Notes under the pieces: generated by a model
Seen by the model: only the letters and a program-made list of their open reading frames with translations
Told to the model about the DNA's origin: nothing
Databases searched by the model: none
Program-made: the position numbers and the translations under genes
Assembly (NCBI GenBank): GCA_951406725.2
Contig: OX597814.1
Coordinates: forward strand, 118,854,001-118,918,000
DNA from: Octopus vulgaris
Taxonomy: Eukaryota
Direction of reading: 5' to 3'
DNA: 64,000 nucleotides
Part shown: positions 41,640-56,655 of the stretch, piece after piece
Layout: every line of letters starts with the position of its first letter
Position numbering within the stretch: the first letter of the stretch is position 1

Positions 41640-42046
41640 CAAAAGCTTGAATGCCTGATTTAGTTGAGAATGGCATGAGTAATAGAAGCTAGAAGGCCTG
41701 ATTTACTAGTAGTAGATGAAGAGAATAGAAAGTGTCAGATAATTCACTTTACATTCCAAAATAATGGAAAAAAAACAATTCGAGAGTTATAGAAAGATTA
41801 ACAAAGTCATTTGATTACATAGACTATGGAAAGTGCGAGTAAAACATATCTCAGTGGTTATAGGTGCATTAGTAACTACGCCAAAGAGTTCAATAGACGG
41901 ATAGACGAAATAGGCATAACACCTAGTTTAGTATAACTTCAGAAAACAGTGTTACTAGGGACAGCTAAGATACTTAGGAGGGTATCTTGTTGTAGCCTGA
42001 TGTTTGGTATTTTTCTGTTCCAGCAGTCTAATTTGATGGGCATATG

Positions 42047-42048
<2 letters not shown>
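41640..42048 (+). mobile_element. Decayed R4/Dong-type LINE 3' fragment (RLE domain)
   Basis: RRPDLLVVD…LQKTVLLGTAKILRRV, bounded by (AAT)n. Confidence 0.7.
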
Positions 42049-42099
<51 letters not shown>

Positions 42100-43844
42100 T
42101 GATCAACAACTCAAGGGCTTACTAGCGATAGTCAAACAATTCAGTGACGACATCAGAATGCAATTCGGCCTCGATAAATGTGCAAAGGCTACCTTTATCA
42201 AAGGAAAAATGACAGAAACATCTAACGTTAACCTTGACCAACAGAATGTCATAAAAGAACTAGACCCAGCGGAGAGCTACAAGTACCTAGGGATAATTGA
42301 AGGGAACGGAATAAGGCATTCAGAGATGAAGGAAAGGATCAGGAGAGAATGCTATCGAAGAGTGAGAGCAATACTCAAGACAGAGCTGAATGCAAGAAAC
42401 AGGATCGAAGCAATCAATGCATTAGCTATACCAGTCGTGACTTACAGTTTCAATATTGTTAACTGGTCAATTACTGAAATATGTCAGCTCGACAGAAAAA
42501 TAAGGAAACTGTTGACAATGCATAGAATGCACCACCCCAAGGCAGATACAGAACGACTCTATCTGCCAAGAAAAGAGGGAGGCCGTGGTCTTTTGCAACT
42601 GGCAATAACAATGAAGATTGCTACAATTGGCCTAGACACCTACTTGAAAAACTCTGAGGACTGGATGCTAAAACTTGTCTCAAAACATAAAAACAAGAAA
42701 GCATCATACTCAGTCACAAAACAGGCAAAGGAATATCTAAGTGAATTCCGAATACAACCAATTTCGGAATTAGAGATAGATATACAAGAAACAAGCACAG
42801 AAAAAGCTAGGCGCATGAAAACCCGTGCCAAAACTGCGGCCTTAGATATTCTGAATAATAAATGGCAAGAAAAACCTCTCTATGGCAAATACCCAAAGAG
42901 AGCGAATAATGCAGATATCGACAAAGCCCTGACCCATCAATGGCTAATGGCCTCTGGCTTAAAATCTGAAACAGAGGGGTTTATCATAGCAGCTCAAGAT
43001 CAATGCCTACCAACAAGAAACTACCAGGCCAACATATTAAAGATCAGAAGCAGTCCAACGTGTCGTGTATGCAAGCAACAAAATGAAACCATTGACCATG
43101 TGGTTCCAAGTGCAGTCTTCTAGCGCCTACAGAGTATCTCAACAGGCACGATAGAGCTGCACAATATATTCACTGGGTAATCTGTAAAAACCTGGATTTG
43201 CCCCATGAAAAAAACTGGTGGGAACACAAACCACCCCCAGTGCTTGAAAATGACCACATCTCACTCCTCTGGAACTTCACCATTCAAACTGACAGGAAGA
43301 TAGATGCAAATAGGCCAGACATCATATTGAAAAACTTCAAACAAAGAACATGCCTCCTCATTGATATGACTGTCCCAATCGATATAAACGTATCTGTCAA
43401 GACCTACCAAAAACTGAGCAAATATAAAGATCTTGAAATAGAAATCAGCAAAATGTGGAAGCTGAAGACTAAAACAATACCTGTTGTCATAGGTGCCCTG
43501 GGAATGATAGCAAAAGGGGCTGATAGCTACCTAACTCAGATACCAGGAAACCCAAAAATGGCAGAAGTTCAAAAGATAGTGCTCATGGGAACTGCTCATA
43601 TCCTACGCAAAATACTCTCTATGTAATCTCAAGGTTTAAAACAAACATAATTTTCGGTTTAAAAAAAAAAAAAAACAACTTTTTTTTTTCTTTTTAGACA
43701 TTCATTAGTACAACATCCCCACCCCCCAAATATATGGCACACTAGGCATAACAACAACATGAACTTCCAACCCTGTTGTCTCTTGAGGTCTCTGGGTGAG
43801 ACTTGGAGCCAACTTGTACAAATATAAAGCAAAAGTCAAACATA

Positions 43845-43845
<1 letters not shown>
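42100..43845 (+). mobile_element. 5'-truncated R4/Dong-clade LINE (RT C-terminus, CCHC, restriction-like endonuclease) in (TAA)n
   Basis: FGLDKC, YKYLG, GGRGL, ETEGFIIAAQDQ, CRVC…ETIDH, RHD, RPDII…LIDMTVP…KLSKY. One frameshift near 43110. (AAT)n on both sides. Confidence 0.92.
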
Positions 43846-44342
<497 letters not shown>

Positions 44343-44344
44343 TA

Positions 44345-45535
44345 TAAAAGCTAATAAACCGGATATTATAAAAGATCAGGCCAAAAAGGTGTGTTTGTTA
44401 ATTGACATGAGTATTCCTTGTGATCACGATATAGCGGCGAAAGAATTTGACAAGAACAGTAAATATAAAGACTTGCTAATAGAAATTGAAAAGATGTGGT
44501 ATCTCAAGGTGATTATAGTCCCAGTGATTCCAGGAACTCTAGGAATGATAAAAGAAGGAGCTGAAACATATTTGAAAATGATACCAGGCTTACCATTCCT
44601 ACAGGAAGTGCAAAAAAATCGTATTAACTGGAAGGACTCACGTAATGAGAAGAGCATTATCGCTGTGAAAATAACATCCATTCATAAATTTATTTATTTA
44701 TTTATTTTTTTAAATACATAATTTACCTGTGAATCTGCGTGTGTAATCTGTGAATGCATATAATGAGCTTCTCTGCCCTAGGTGTACGGAAAACACTCGG
44801 CGAGAAACAGAAGAAAATTTGAAGAAAGAAGGGAAAACAGGTGAACCTTAGGGATGAACAAGTATCTCTGCTGCGTTGCATTTGTAATAGAATGCGCGAA
44901 ACCATTGCCCATATCGCAAACGAATGCCATAGATTTGCCCCAAATCATTACAAGTTGTGATGACACAATCAGGTAGCGAAAGTGCTACCCTGGAAACTGC
45001 GGAAAGTGTGAGCTAGTTTGAGCCCAGACGTGGTATGAGCACAAATGGTAGAGAGTGGCGGAGTCGGAGACTAGCAAAATCTTCTGGGATTTCCCAATGC
45101 AAATAAATCAGGTGCTAGAGCAAAACATACAGGAACTGGTGGTCGTAGAGAAGGTGCACCGCAAATGCTATATAGTTGATGCTGCAAGCCACTTTGAGCC
45201 ACAATAATGAAGAAGGAAGGCGAAAAGATAGACAGATACAAACCTCTTAAGTAAGAAATAGCCCGGCAATGGAAAATGAAGACGTTGAACATAGTGTAAA
45301 CTTTTGTTAGGTCCTTGGGGTCAGAATCATAAAGCGGCAAAGGGATTATAAAGGAAATTGGAATAGAATTCTTAGAACTGTTACAAAAGATTTGCCTCCT
45401 TGACACGGCCGGAATAATCAAGAAATTATTAGATAGCAGAAAAGAACAGGTAACACGGTACCGTAGGGTGCAGGTAGCAAGCTCGCTACGCATGCAAGAC
45501 TCCAGCAGTTCCTACGAAACTTGAGATGAAAAGAA
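44345..45535 (+). mobile_element. Two further decayed Dong-type RLE fragments
   Basis: KPDII…CLLIDMSIPCD…KYKDLLIEIEKMW (44345-44680). A second relic 44790-45535 ends LQKICLLDTAGIIKKLL before (AAT)n. Confidence 0.75.
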
Positions 45536-45583
45536 ATAATAATAATAATGGTAATAATAATAATAATAATGATAATAATAATA

Positions 45584-45645
<62 letters not shown>

Positions 45646-46094
45646 TATAATAATAATTATAATGATGATGATGATGATGATGATGATGATTAAAAACGTC
45701 AAATATTTTGGCCCACTCTCTATGTATGTATATATGTATGTATACAGGAACTATTTATACAGGTGGCTTCAGGGTCAGGGATTTGACTGCTATTTCAGCA
45801 TGGTGGTATCTCTCAGATACCCTGATTTATAGTTTTAAATAATTATTACCTTTGTATGGTATTTATTCCCATGCTGGCCACTTGATAAGATCGAGATTTA
45901 AATATCGATAGTATCCTTATTTATAAATTTATATATTTTGACCATATCGCGCTGGGAGCTGTTTGGCGGGCAATTTAAGCTGGCCTTGTACCTACGTGCA
46001 TATATATGTATGTATGAATGTTCGTATATGTCTGCAGCTGAATTCTGTTTTTAAATGACTTGCTTCGAGAGTTTGCATTCGGTACGATATGCTT

Positions 46095-47245
46095 ATTTTT
46101 TTTTTTCTCAATAACTGTATTCACATGCTTCCTGAAACTTGCGCAAGTGTTCCTCAAATATTCGGGTGACACCTTCTCCCATTCTTCTTTAATGGTATCT
46201 TTAAGAGAGTCGACGTTTCTGTGTGATGTTCTATTGGTAGCATGTTCTAAAATGCCCCAAATAGCATAATCCAGAGGGTTTAGATCTGGACTAGAAGGCA
46301 ACCATAAACATGATTCCAAAAAATTACTAAAGTTGGATTTGCAGAAATCTTGTATTCGTCTAGCTCTGTGGGCTGGAGGACCATCCTGTGTCCATATTTA
46401 ATTACCATCTGAGTCATTTGCTTTAAGGCATGGCAATACCTGGTATCTCAAAGTCTTGTAGTATGTAATAACATTGATCTTTTCATCAGCTTTGTACAAT
46501 TTTATTGGCATGTTCTTTCCATCGGAAGCCACAACACCAAAAGCCATAACTTGAGCAGGATGTTTTGTTTTGAATGTCCCCCTAATCTCAGCTGTTGATT
46601 TTGCGATAAATCTCTCATTTCTGCAGTTCAGAACAGCATCAACAGTGAAGATCTTTTCATCTAAAAAGATTGTTACAATAGAGGACTTTTTCTTGAACCA
46701 TGTTATAATTTTCTTGCACCTTTCCAATCTCTTTTCCTTCATAGCTATTGTCAACAAGTGTTTTGGTGTTCTTGTGTGAGATTTTATCCTCAAATCGTAT
46801 TTTACTGCATTTCTAATGGTCTTGTTATCTACCTCAAGTTCATTTGCCATTTTTCTCATGGATTTGGTTGGATCCTTTAGGAGTTTGGATTTGAGAGCAT
46901 TAATAAAAGCTTTGGTACATTTTTTGTTGATTCTTCTACTTCCAGACTTCCTCCTAATAGTTTTGCTCATAGTCATTCTATTCTATACATTATAAACAGT
47001 CTTTAAGGACACTTCAACTATTCTTGAAATCTCCTTTGGTGTGACGAGTGGATTCAGCAAACCATACATTCTTTGACTTTTGCTTTCCTGATTACTCATA
47101 TGGGCAAAATTTTCTGAAAAGGTAAGGATAATAGTGTTAGCTATGATTATGACATCAATATATGCTAGGTTTCAAAACAACTGACTTAGTGTCTGCTGAG
47201 AAAAAATAACTTAACGTTCATTGTAAATTTTGCTTCCCAACCCTG
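46095..47245 (-). mobile_element. DD37D (maT/Bmmar1-like) transposon, 3' truncated, pseudogenised
   Basis: IFLDEKIF; WTQD-GPPAH…SPDLNPL-DY with exactly 37 residues between the last two Asp. 5' end TA|CAGGGTTGGGAAGC at 47245; ATG at 47099. Confidence 0.9.
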
Positions 47246-47279
47246 TATATATGTATATATATATACACACACACACAGA

Positions 47280-47975
47280 CTCACACACTCACACCATTCT
47301 GACCTCTAAAGACCGATCCCCAAAACAACTGAACCTTGAAAGAGAACCAAAAACTTCTTTTCAATTCCACATTGCTCTTCCTTCCCCCACCGAAACACAC
47401 CTCCTACACTGTCCCTTGAAATAGAAAATAGTCTTTTACTATAAAATGGTGAAACAGGTCAGTTCATCCCAAATTCTTTGTAAACTAATTATACCTCCTT
47501 CTGTGTATATATTTACCACCAAAATATGACCTTTTTGAACTTATAATTTTCTGTGTATATATATAGATGCTTCCAAACAAACATGATTTCTAATGAAATC
47601 CTAATATCTTTCATGAATTTTTAATAATTTCACAAGATTTTTTCTGTAAACTGTTTATAACATTCATATCAAAGAATGTATATATGTATTGTAATTTTTT
47701 GTACCTAATACATTAATGAACTTTTTAATATTTTCCCAAGATTTTTCCTTGTAAACTGCTTTTAACATATCATTATTATCAAAGCATGTATATATGTATT
47801 GTAATATTTTGTGACAATCAGTACCTAACACAATAAAACTTCTACATGTTACTTTTGACAGTGTATTTCTAAAAAAGTGAAACCGGTCAAGTGATTAAAC
47901 ATTTTTTGGAATTGCATTTTCAAACACTCTTTCATATATAATTCCACTCGTGCGGTACCTTACAACTTCAATTTG

Positions 47976-47978
<3 letters not shown>
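47280..47978 (+). mobile_element. PLE 3' UTR/pseudo-LTR relic with degenerate hammerhead and ~105 bp internal duplication
   Basis: ACTT-TTGACAG…GAAACCGGTC-AAGT at 47851-47892. Terminal CCACTCGTGCGGT resembles CCACGTGCGGT of the full PLE tail. Ends in (TA)n. Confidence 0.55.
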
Positions 47979-48056
<78 letters not shown>

Positions 48057-48135
48057 TGTATGTGTGTGTGTACATATATATATATATATATATGAATATA
48101 TATACATATATATACACACACTTACATACACACAC

Positions 48136-48169
<34 letters not shown>

Positions 48170-48196
48170 ACAAATGAAATATTTATATATAAATTA

Positions 48197-48496
48197 TGGA
48201 GGTGGAAATAGTACAGAAGTAAGTGGATGACATTTCAATTCAGGAGAGAATTTAATAAAAATTATTTTGAAAATTATGATGAGTCGCATCTTATAAAATA
48301 TCAGTAAAGTTATAATAAATAGATGGAAAAACATTTTATCTTCTGTCTGCGGGTCAAGAACATATCTGATATTTGATAAGATGAGATTCATCGAAGCTGG
48401 TAATATTTTCTTTATATAACGTTTTAACCCATTTTTATTGAATTCCCTCTTAAATTAAAATATTTGAGATGTACTTCTGTACTATTTCCACCTCCA
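48197..48496 (+). mobile_element. Inverted-repeat mini-element with decayed hammerhead
   Basis: Perfect 25 bp IR TGGAGGTGGAAATAGTACAGAAGTA / TACTTCTGTACTATTTCCACCTCCA, extending imperfectly inward. Motif GATAT-TTGATAA-GATGA gat TCATC-GAAGCTGGTA-ATATT at 48368-48407. Confidence 0.75.
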
Positions 48497-48709
48497 CCTT
48501 TTAAATATATGTACATATGTGTGTGTTTATGTATATGTATATACATACGTTTATATATATGTGTATATGTGTATATGTAGACATATGTATATATATGTGT
48601 GTGTGTATATATGTGTGTATATATGTATGTATATATATGTGCGTATACATATGTATATTTATATACGTATATATATATACATATATACACACACACATTT
48701 ATATATATG

Positions 48710-48748
<39 letters not shown>

Positions 48749-48899
48749 GTATGTATATGTATATGTTCGTGTGTGAGAGAGAGGGGAGAGAGGGAGAGAA
48801 AGACTGTGTGAACACACACACATATACATATATATTTCATAATGTGCGTGTTTGTGCATGTGTGTGCGTATGTGTGTGTGTGTGTGTTTGCAGCAGTGT

Positions 48900-48944
<45 letters not shown>

Positions 48945-50705
48945 TACATTCATCTGTTCAACAAACGTTGATATGTACTTTAGATACTCATGTGCCATTT
49001 AACCGTAAGAACAATTTTTTAATATTTTTATTTACATTTATTGTTTCATAGTGTTTTTGCGAATTCTGTTTTATTTCATGGTTATAAACTGTGTATTTTA
49101 TGAAATTTTAATTTTCTAATTAACTTTTATTTCTTTCTATAATATAATATGGCGGCCTCCTTCTTTTCTCCAAATTCATTTGAACATGCGTGTATAGATG
49201 CGAAATACGCAAATGTGAAATTATAAGATTCAGGAGAATAGGATGCGTATATTTAATATATGTGTATGTGTGTGTATTTGTGTACAGTGCAACTGGGAAA
49301 TATATATATATATATAAATGTACATTCATATGTACATTCATATGAGAGGATGCGCAGACATATTCTTAAATTCGTATGCCTGCGTAAGTCTATGTATGTA
49401 TATGAATATATACATTCATACATACCTATATATATATATATATATACATATATACATATATACATATATACATATATATATATATGTGTGTGTATGTATA
49501 TATATATATTTATATAGATATATACATACATATGCATATACATATATACATGTATACACACACATATGTATACACATACACACTCACACACACACACGTG
49601 TGTGTGTGTATGTGTGTATCTGTCTGTGTACGTCTTTGCACTGTTGTTCGAATGCATTTTCCAACTAATTACTTGAAATATTTTATTCTTCTTCCGTGAA
49701 CGTGTTGATGAGTGTGACTGCTACTTCTGCTCATCTTCCTAAGTGTGTTAGAAATAATGTCAACGACTTAAAGTGCAATCACGTGAAGTGTTATCATCGC
49801 AACAGCTGTACATGTGTGCTGACGTAAGTATGCGCAAGATGACATTATGCATATATTAATCTCATTATAGGTACATCTGTGGAGATAAGGGTTTATGAAG
49901 GATCTCGCAAATTACTGGTTAGTTTGATAAGACCCTTCTTATAATTTTTTTAAAATCATATAGCGATTATATAGAGTGAACTATGTATAGATGTATGTAT
50001 ACACGCGTATACACGCATATACATATTGGATTCGTATTAAAGCTCTATAAAGTACTCTATTATATCGATGATTATGTTTATTTTTCCAGAGTAGAAACTG
50101 TTGTAGAATGTAGAGAGCTTACGAAATACGAAATGTCAGTAAAATATTTCTACGCATTTTAAATATATAGATATGCATATACATACATATATATACAAAA
50201 CACATACACACATATATACAGGGTGTATATATTTACAGTTTACGGTTATAAGGCAGATCAATATCCAAAGTACATATATTTTATGCGCTTCACCTAATGA
50301 CTTTGTCAATGTTATGGCACCGCCATTATCAGATTGATATTCTTGCTCTCAGTTCAACTAATTCAACTCGCAAGGTTTTACACGGCCCAAGACTACAGAA
50401 GACATTTAACTAAGTTGCCACACAGTGGGACTGAACTCAAAAACGTATGATTGTGAAGCAAGCTTCTTACCACACAGCCGCGCCCGTGCCTGTACAGAAA
50501 ATAATTTTCCTTTACTGAAGAAATCTTTCCGTAACTGTTCTCTCCGTTTGACCATTTGATTAGCGAGAGAAATGAGTCAGATTCAAATGAAATGATATAT
50601 CACTGACTTACGTAAAGCAGTGATAATTACAGATAGAACACCATATATCATAGCATCAACATGGATTTCTTCCAGCATTGCTCTATTAAAGTATTCGAGT
50701 AAATT

Positions 50706-51010
50706 GTGGAGGCGCAATGGCCCAGTGGTCAGGGCAGCGGACTCGCGGTCGGAGGATCGCGGTTTCGATTCCCAGACCGGGTGTTGTGTGTGTTTATTGA
50801 GTGAAAACCCCTAAAGCTCCACCAGGCTCGGTCAGGGAGTGTGGCGACCTCTGTTGTAATCTTTCGCCCCAATTTTCTCTCGCTCTCTCTTCCTGTTTCT
50901 TGCGTACCGCTGCGATGGGCTAGCGTCCAGTCAAGCTGGGGGAGGGGAAATCATACGCCATAGAAATCGGGAAATAGGGCCCGTGAGCCTAGCTAGGTTT
51001 GAAAAGGGCG
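50706..51010 (+). mobile_element. tRNA-Arg-derived SINE (OR-like)
   Basis: A box TGGCCCAGTGG, TCG anticodon position, B box GTTTCGATTCC. Tail shared with 17445-17679. Confidence 0.85.
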
Positions 51011-51409
51011 GGAAGAAAACGTAAAGCAGGATACATTTCATAAAGTATTTTAGACTACATCGAAAGAGACAGAAATTCCATGGTTGAAATAACTTTCAGA
51101 TTGTTGTGTCTCAGTCTTGTTGTACCTGAAACTAAACAACAACGTTATAATTTGAGATATTACTACACGATGTTTGAGACATTTTAACGAATGTCTAGCC
51201 GTTAGCTAACTTGCAAGTAAAATACTTTTGAACATATATATTTCCTCTGATTTGTTTTGAGAAATGTGCGTCTGTTTAATGTAATTATTTCCCCCAAGTT
51301 TTGAAGATGAACAACATATATTTCTGAATTATGTTTTGTTTATATTATAGATATATTTTCGGATTTGCTGCCATTCGTTTTATTACTTCATTTTATAAAA
51401 GTTTACTTC

Positions 51410-51474
<65 letters not shown>

Positions 51475-51498
51475 TACATATATGTATGTATGTATGTA

Positions 51499-51630
<132 letters not shown>

Positions 51631-51639
51631 TGTGTTTGT

Positions 51640-51835
51640 GTGTCTGTGTTTGTCCCCCTAGCGTTGCTTGACAACCAATGCTGGTGTGTTTACATCCCCG
51701 TCACTTAGCGGTTCGGCAACAGAGACCGATAGAATAAGTACTTGGCTTACAAAGAATAAGTCCCGGGGTCGATTAGCTCGACAAAAGGCGGTGCTCCAGC
51801 ATGGCCGCAGTCAAATGACTGAGACAAGTAAAAGA

Positions 51836-51836
<1 letters not shown>
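51640..51836 (+). mobile_element. SINE family A, 3' half
   Basis: Matches 4140-4345. Similar halves at 26750-26965, 54150-54362, 58170-58385 and 60700-60890. Confidence 0.88.
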
Positions 51837-51893
<57 letters not shown>

Positions 51894-52846
51894 TTAAGCA
51901 TATGCAAATTATCTTTTTAGTCAGCCAATCAGCATTATATTGTCATCTACCAAGCTAATAGAATATTTACAATATCCAGATGTGTGTTTTTCTTGATTTT
52001 TCTTAATTCTTTATCATTGTTGTTGTTGCTATTATTATCATTATTATCATTATTATTATCATTAATATCATCATTATTATTATTATTATCATTATTATTA
52101 TTATTATTATTATTATTAGAGAAAATAACATATTTAATCATAATTCTTACACTAACACGTGAATGCATCTGCATACGCACTCAGAGACACGTATGTAGTT
52201 ATGTGTGCCTGTGTATATACATACATATTGTATTAAATATTATACACACGAACACACGAACACACACACACAACTCGCTGATTACAACTAGCATATTTCT
52301 ATGCTCAAGTATGTAGGAAACGGCTCATCAGACAGAGATAATATGTAAATGTATAAAATATAAATATATATAAATTGGATTAAACTGGAATTATACTTCA
52401 CTGCAAATATAAACAGTTCCAAGTCTAAAAGACCAAACCAAATTAGAGAAAACTCTCACTTTGTTTCGTTTTGTTTTTGTTTTCCATTTTCTTTCTTTTT
52501 TTTTTTGTGCGTAACATCTACCTACTTGAGTGTGCTTGAGTTTCAGAATCCAAATTGAAAATTATACATCTGAGAAATGGTGTTATTGCTAATATTAGTG
52601 AGTGGAATATGTATTTCAGATATAAGGATATCTTTTTTTCATTATTACGGAATTAAAGACATTAATAGTTCCTGTAGATACATTTTTATATGTCTAGATG
52701 TAGATCTACGCTTCTTATCAACCAAGAATAAAAGATCAGTGGTATTTATAACCTTCAGATGTAACATGCATTAGACTGACATTGATGGACAGAAGAGAAA
52801 ACGATGATACAATGAAAACTGTGCTGACACAATATTTTGCATTACC

Positions 52847-53515
52847 AAGGCGGCGAGCTGGCAGAAACGTTAGCACGCCGGGCGAAATTCTTAGCGGTGT
52901 TTCGCCTGCCGCTACGTTCTGGGTTCAAATTCTGCCGAGGTCGACTTTGCCTTTCGTCCTTTCGGCGTTGATAAATTAAGTATCAGTTACACACCGGGGT
53001 CGATGTTATCGACTTCAACCATTTGACTGTTCTTGTTTTCCCCTCTATGTTTAGTCCTTGTGGGCAATAAAGAAATAAAAAGCGTTAGCACGCCGGGCGA
53101 AATGCTTAGCGGTATTTCGTCTGTCTTTGCGTTCTGAGTTGAAATTCTGCTGAGGTCAATTTTGCCTTTCATCCTTTCGGGGTCCATTAATTGAGTACCA
53201 GTTGGGTACTGGGATCGATCCAATCGACTGGCCCCACTCCCCCAAACTTTCAGGCCTTATGCCTAGCGTAGAAAATAATATTTTGCATTACCAAGGCGGC
53301 GAGCTGGTAGAAATGATAGCGCGCTGGGCAAAATGCTCAGCGGTATTTCGTGTGTCTTTACGCTCTGAGTTGAAATTCCGCCGAGGTCGACTTTGCCTTT
53401 CATCTTTTCGGGGTCAATAAATTATGTACCAGTTGTACTGGAATCGCTCTAATCGACTGGCCACTCAACCCCAAAATTTCAGGCCTTGTGCCTAGAGTAG
53501 AAGGGAATATTTTAC
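52847..53515 (+). mobile_element. Three tandem units of SINE family C
   Basis: Units start at ~52847, ~53082 and ~53293, each with the GAGGTC(G/A)A…TTTGCCTTTC core. Confidence 0.88.
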
Positions 53516-53662
53516 ATTACTGAGGCTCTTTATTACCGATGGCTAAGCTGGAAATAAACAGCTTCAAATGAAATCATGAGTGATATGAATTTATAAACGA
53601 TTTACTTCATATATAACGATGATATACATTCAAACATGCCCATAGAAAGCAGACACACGCGT

Positions 53663-53695
<33 letters not shown>

Positions 53696-55526
53696 CGCAC
53701 ACCTCATATATAGGTGTACGTGTGCCTCTATGTACGCACATTCTTAAATTTTTTCCTTTCCTTTTACCGTGTTACATTTTGTTGCATCTTCACTGACTTC
53801 CAGTAATAATGCAAATAGTCAAATTTGATAAATAATATATAAGAACAGCCTTGAAACATCGTTAGAATAAAATAATGGTGAAGAGAATACAATTTGAATC
53901 AAAGTATTTAAGATTTGTTAACCTTAACATAATCAATTTTACTATTCCGTGATTTTGAAAGTTAGTATAACCGTAAGGGTTGTGCGGTAATTCCGCAACT
54001 GTTTTAATGTAACTTATGCTAATCCTGACACCCCATTCTTGTGAAACCAATAGAATTAATACAAATAAACATCGTAAAGATTTCAAGTGCGTCTTCAGCT
54101 ACACTTGTTGATATTTCAGTTAGAGCTAAAAAAAAGCTTACTTTCTCTATATGTTTGTCCTCCCTGCACTTGGCAACCGATGCGTTCGTGTGTTCACCTC
54201 CACGTAAACTAGCATTTCAGCAAAAGAGCCCAATAGAAAAAAGTAGGAGGCTTAAGGAAATAAGATTCTGGGGTGGATACGTTCATCTAAAATTCGTCAT
54301 GGTGATGCTCCAGCATGGCCTCAATCTAGTGACTGAAACAAGTAATTGATAAAAGATAAAAGATACCTAGCTTTGACTGCAAGTCGAATCTATAATATTT
54401 TTGTAAGAAAAATGAATGATTGCAAGATTTTTGTTCATGTAGCTTTCGCTGTAGGTAGTTGTATTTGGTTATATTTTAATGCAATCAAGATACATGAATA
54501 AACCATAAATAAATTTAAATTTTCCAGGCTTCTGTCATGTGAGAAGCATTTGCCATATTCTCTTAAATAATTTTATTTTTCTGACAGCAAAATAATATTT
54601 TCTCTTTATGTTTTACTTTATAAATTGTCTTTTTATTTGTACATCTTTTCATTCAAGATTGATATGTAGCATAGAAAACAGAAGCATGTGTATCGTATGA
54701 ATTTCGGCAAGATCTCTGGGATAAACAATAATTTGTGTTCTGTGCGTTGCTGCCTTGAAGAAAAGACAACTGTTTAACTCAACACTTGGATGTGCAATAT
54801 TGATTTGATCATGTAGTATCACAAACTTATTAAGTTAACTCCAGCAACCCTTAAATTCATGTTCCTTTGAACAGTTTATGTTCACAAAAGAAGAGTCTCA
54901 CTTGATTCTGAAAGCAATAGAACTGAAAAGCGAGGAGTAAGAGGAAAAAAGTTACATTTCCTTTCGTAAACCAGTCAAGTCGTTCTTCAGTCATATGGTG
55001 TATGCCACTCCTCCACACTTAATATGTATAGTACGGTAACACAGATTTGGTACGTTTTAATTATGAAACGCTATAATATATGTTCTAATCATTCCGTTGC
55101 AAAATGTGTGCGTGTGTGTGTGCGTGTGTGTGTACGTGTGTGCGTGTGTGCGTGTGTGTATGATCCGAATAAAAATACAAGATCAACTACATTTTTTGGT
55201 GAGAAGGGGTGAAAATACAGTAAGGTTTTAGATTAATCGTAATAATTTATAATAAGTGTGTTTGTAGTATTAAATAATAGTATTAATCACAATAAAGTGC
55301 TAATCGGTTAAATTTAATTTTATTTATTTACAAGTGGGTGGTTAAGCCCTTCCACCTATTGTCTGACATGAGATAGGCCAAGGGCCAACGTTCGATGTAA
55401 TTGGTCAGCTGAAATTTAAAAATAGAAAATCGCTGGTCCTCAAAGACGTCATTTCGCAACTCAGGACTAGAATAAACTTATTTTTCCTGAAAGCATCTAA
55501 CGATGTATAGCTTATTACATCTATAA

Positions 55527-56000
55527 AAGTTACAATCACTGATGATTCTAGAAGGTTGTTTGATTGAAACATATGTAGAACTTCATTTTGGATATTTTGG
55601 GGTTGTTTTATTGATGCGGTTCAGTTATTATTATTCTTATAGGTATGTCTTTTTATCTTTTAATTTTTTTTTAATTTCCATTACTTTTCCAAATGTGATA
55701 CAAATAATCTGAACCAAGCATCGATTAAAATTTTTCTTCTCTGTGCGAATTCAAAGCCAGTGAACAGCAATGACCATACCGATATGACTTTGAATCTCTT
55801 TAACAATTCATAATAATGACTATTATTCCTCTTAATTCAACCTCAGTTCATCTAATCGTAGTTATTTATCGTTACTTTTCATTAAAAAAAGCCTTTATTC
55901 TTTTGATATCCAATGTGCACTTTCGCTTTTCTTCTTACTTTTCCCATATCTTTTCCACGTGTAGTTTCTATTTTCTTTTTGAAACATATTTACATTATAT
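55527..56000 (+). mobile_element. PLE pseudo-LTR relic with degenerate hammerhead
   Basis: CTGATGA (55539)…GAAACATATGTA. 55950-56000 matches the 9205-9250 tail of the decayed Neptune copy. Confidence 0.5.
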
Positions 56001-56014
56001 ATATATATATATGT

Positions 56015-56290
56015 GTTGTCTACTCCTTATGAGGAGTTTGACCACCTCCTGTATCTACAATTTTTTAAACCATCATGGCATCTGATATGGCATTTTAAAC
56101 CAGACAATGTTCTGAAAAGACGCCCACATAGATTGCATATCCGATTTGGACCACCAAGATCTGCAGATAAGTTCTGATATTTGTGACTTTTGAGTCCTCC
56201 ATCAGATTTGCAAAGCTTCTGACAAACATTGCATTCAAAGGTGTGCACAGACATACAGGGTTCGCCAAAAGTCACCCGACAGTAAATCAA
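56015..56290 (-). mobile_element. RTE-type LINE 3' end with two C2H2 fingers
   Basis: FECNVCQKLCKSDGGLKSH and ICNLCGRLFRTLSGLKCHIRCH, followed by a short hairpin-like 3' end and TA repeats. Confidence 0.65.
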
Positions 56291-56655
56291 AATTCCATGA
56301 ATGCTATCTGTAATTCTGTATTGACTCGAATGCAAAAATGTGTCGCTAAAGAAGGATTTCAGTTTACACAATTTTCATGATGTTTTATATATTTAGATGC
56401 TTTTATTAAATTTATTCACTTGTTTGAAATATATGTCTTGGAATTAAATGCACACACACACATACACACACACATATATATATATATGTGTGTGTGTGTG
56501 TGTTTGTTTGTGTGCCTGTATATATGTATGTCATTGTTCAGTTTTATTCCAAGATTTCTTACCAATCGCCGGTTTCTAACGTACATCCCTTCATAGGAAT
56601 TTCAACATCAACACCAAGGTATGTACGTAGGTATGTACGTATTTATGTTATGTCA

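Noticed and set aside
50706-50782. tRNA-Arg gene
   Set aside because: Continues into a SINE body shared with another copy, and the acceptor stem is imperfect.
52847-53515. CRISPR-like or satellite array
   Set aside because: Units are ~220 bp SINE copies also found dispersed (25617); eukaryotic context with no cas genes.
54875-54936. Possible 62 nt exon between CAG and GTAAG
   Set aside because: No homology or partner exons; such signals arise by chance.
56027-56371. C2H2 zinc-finger host gene
   Set aside because: Fingers lack TGEKP linkers and are followed by an RTE-like terminus; better explained as a LINE 3' end.
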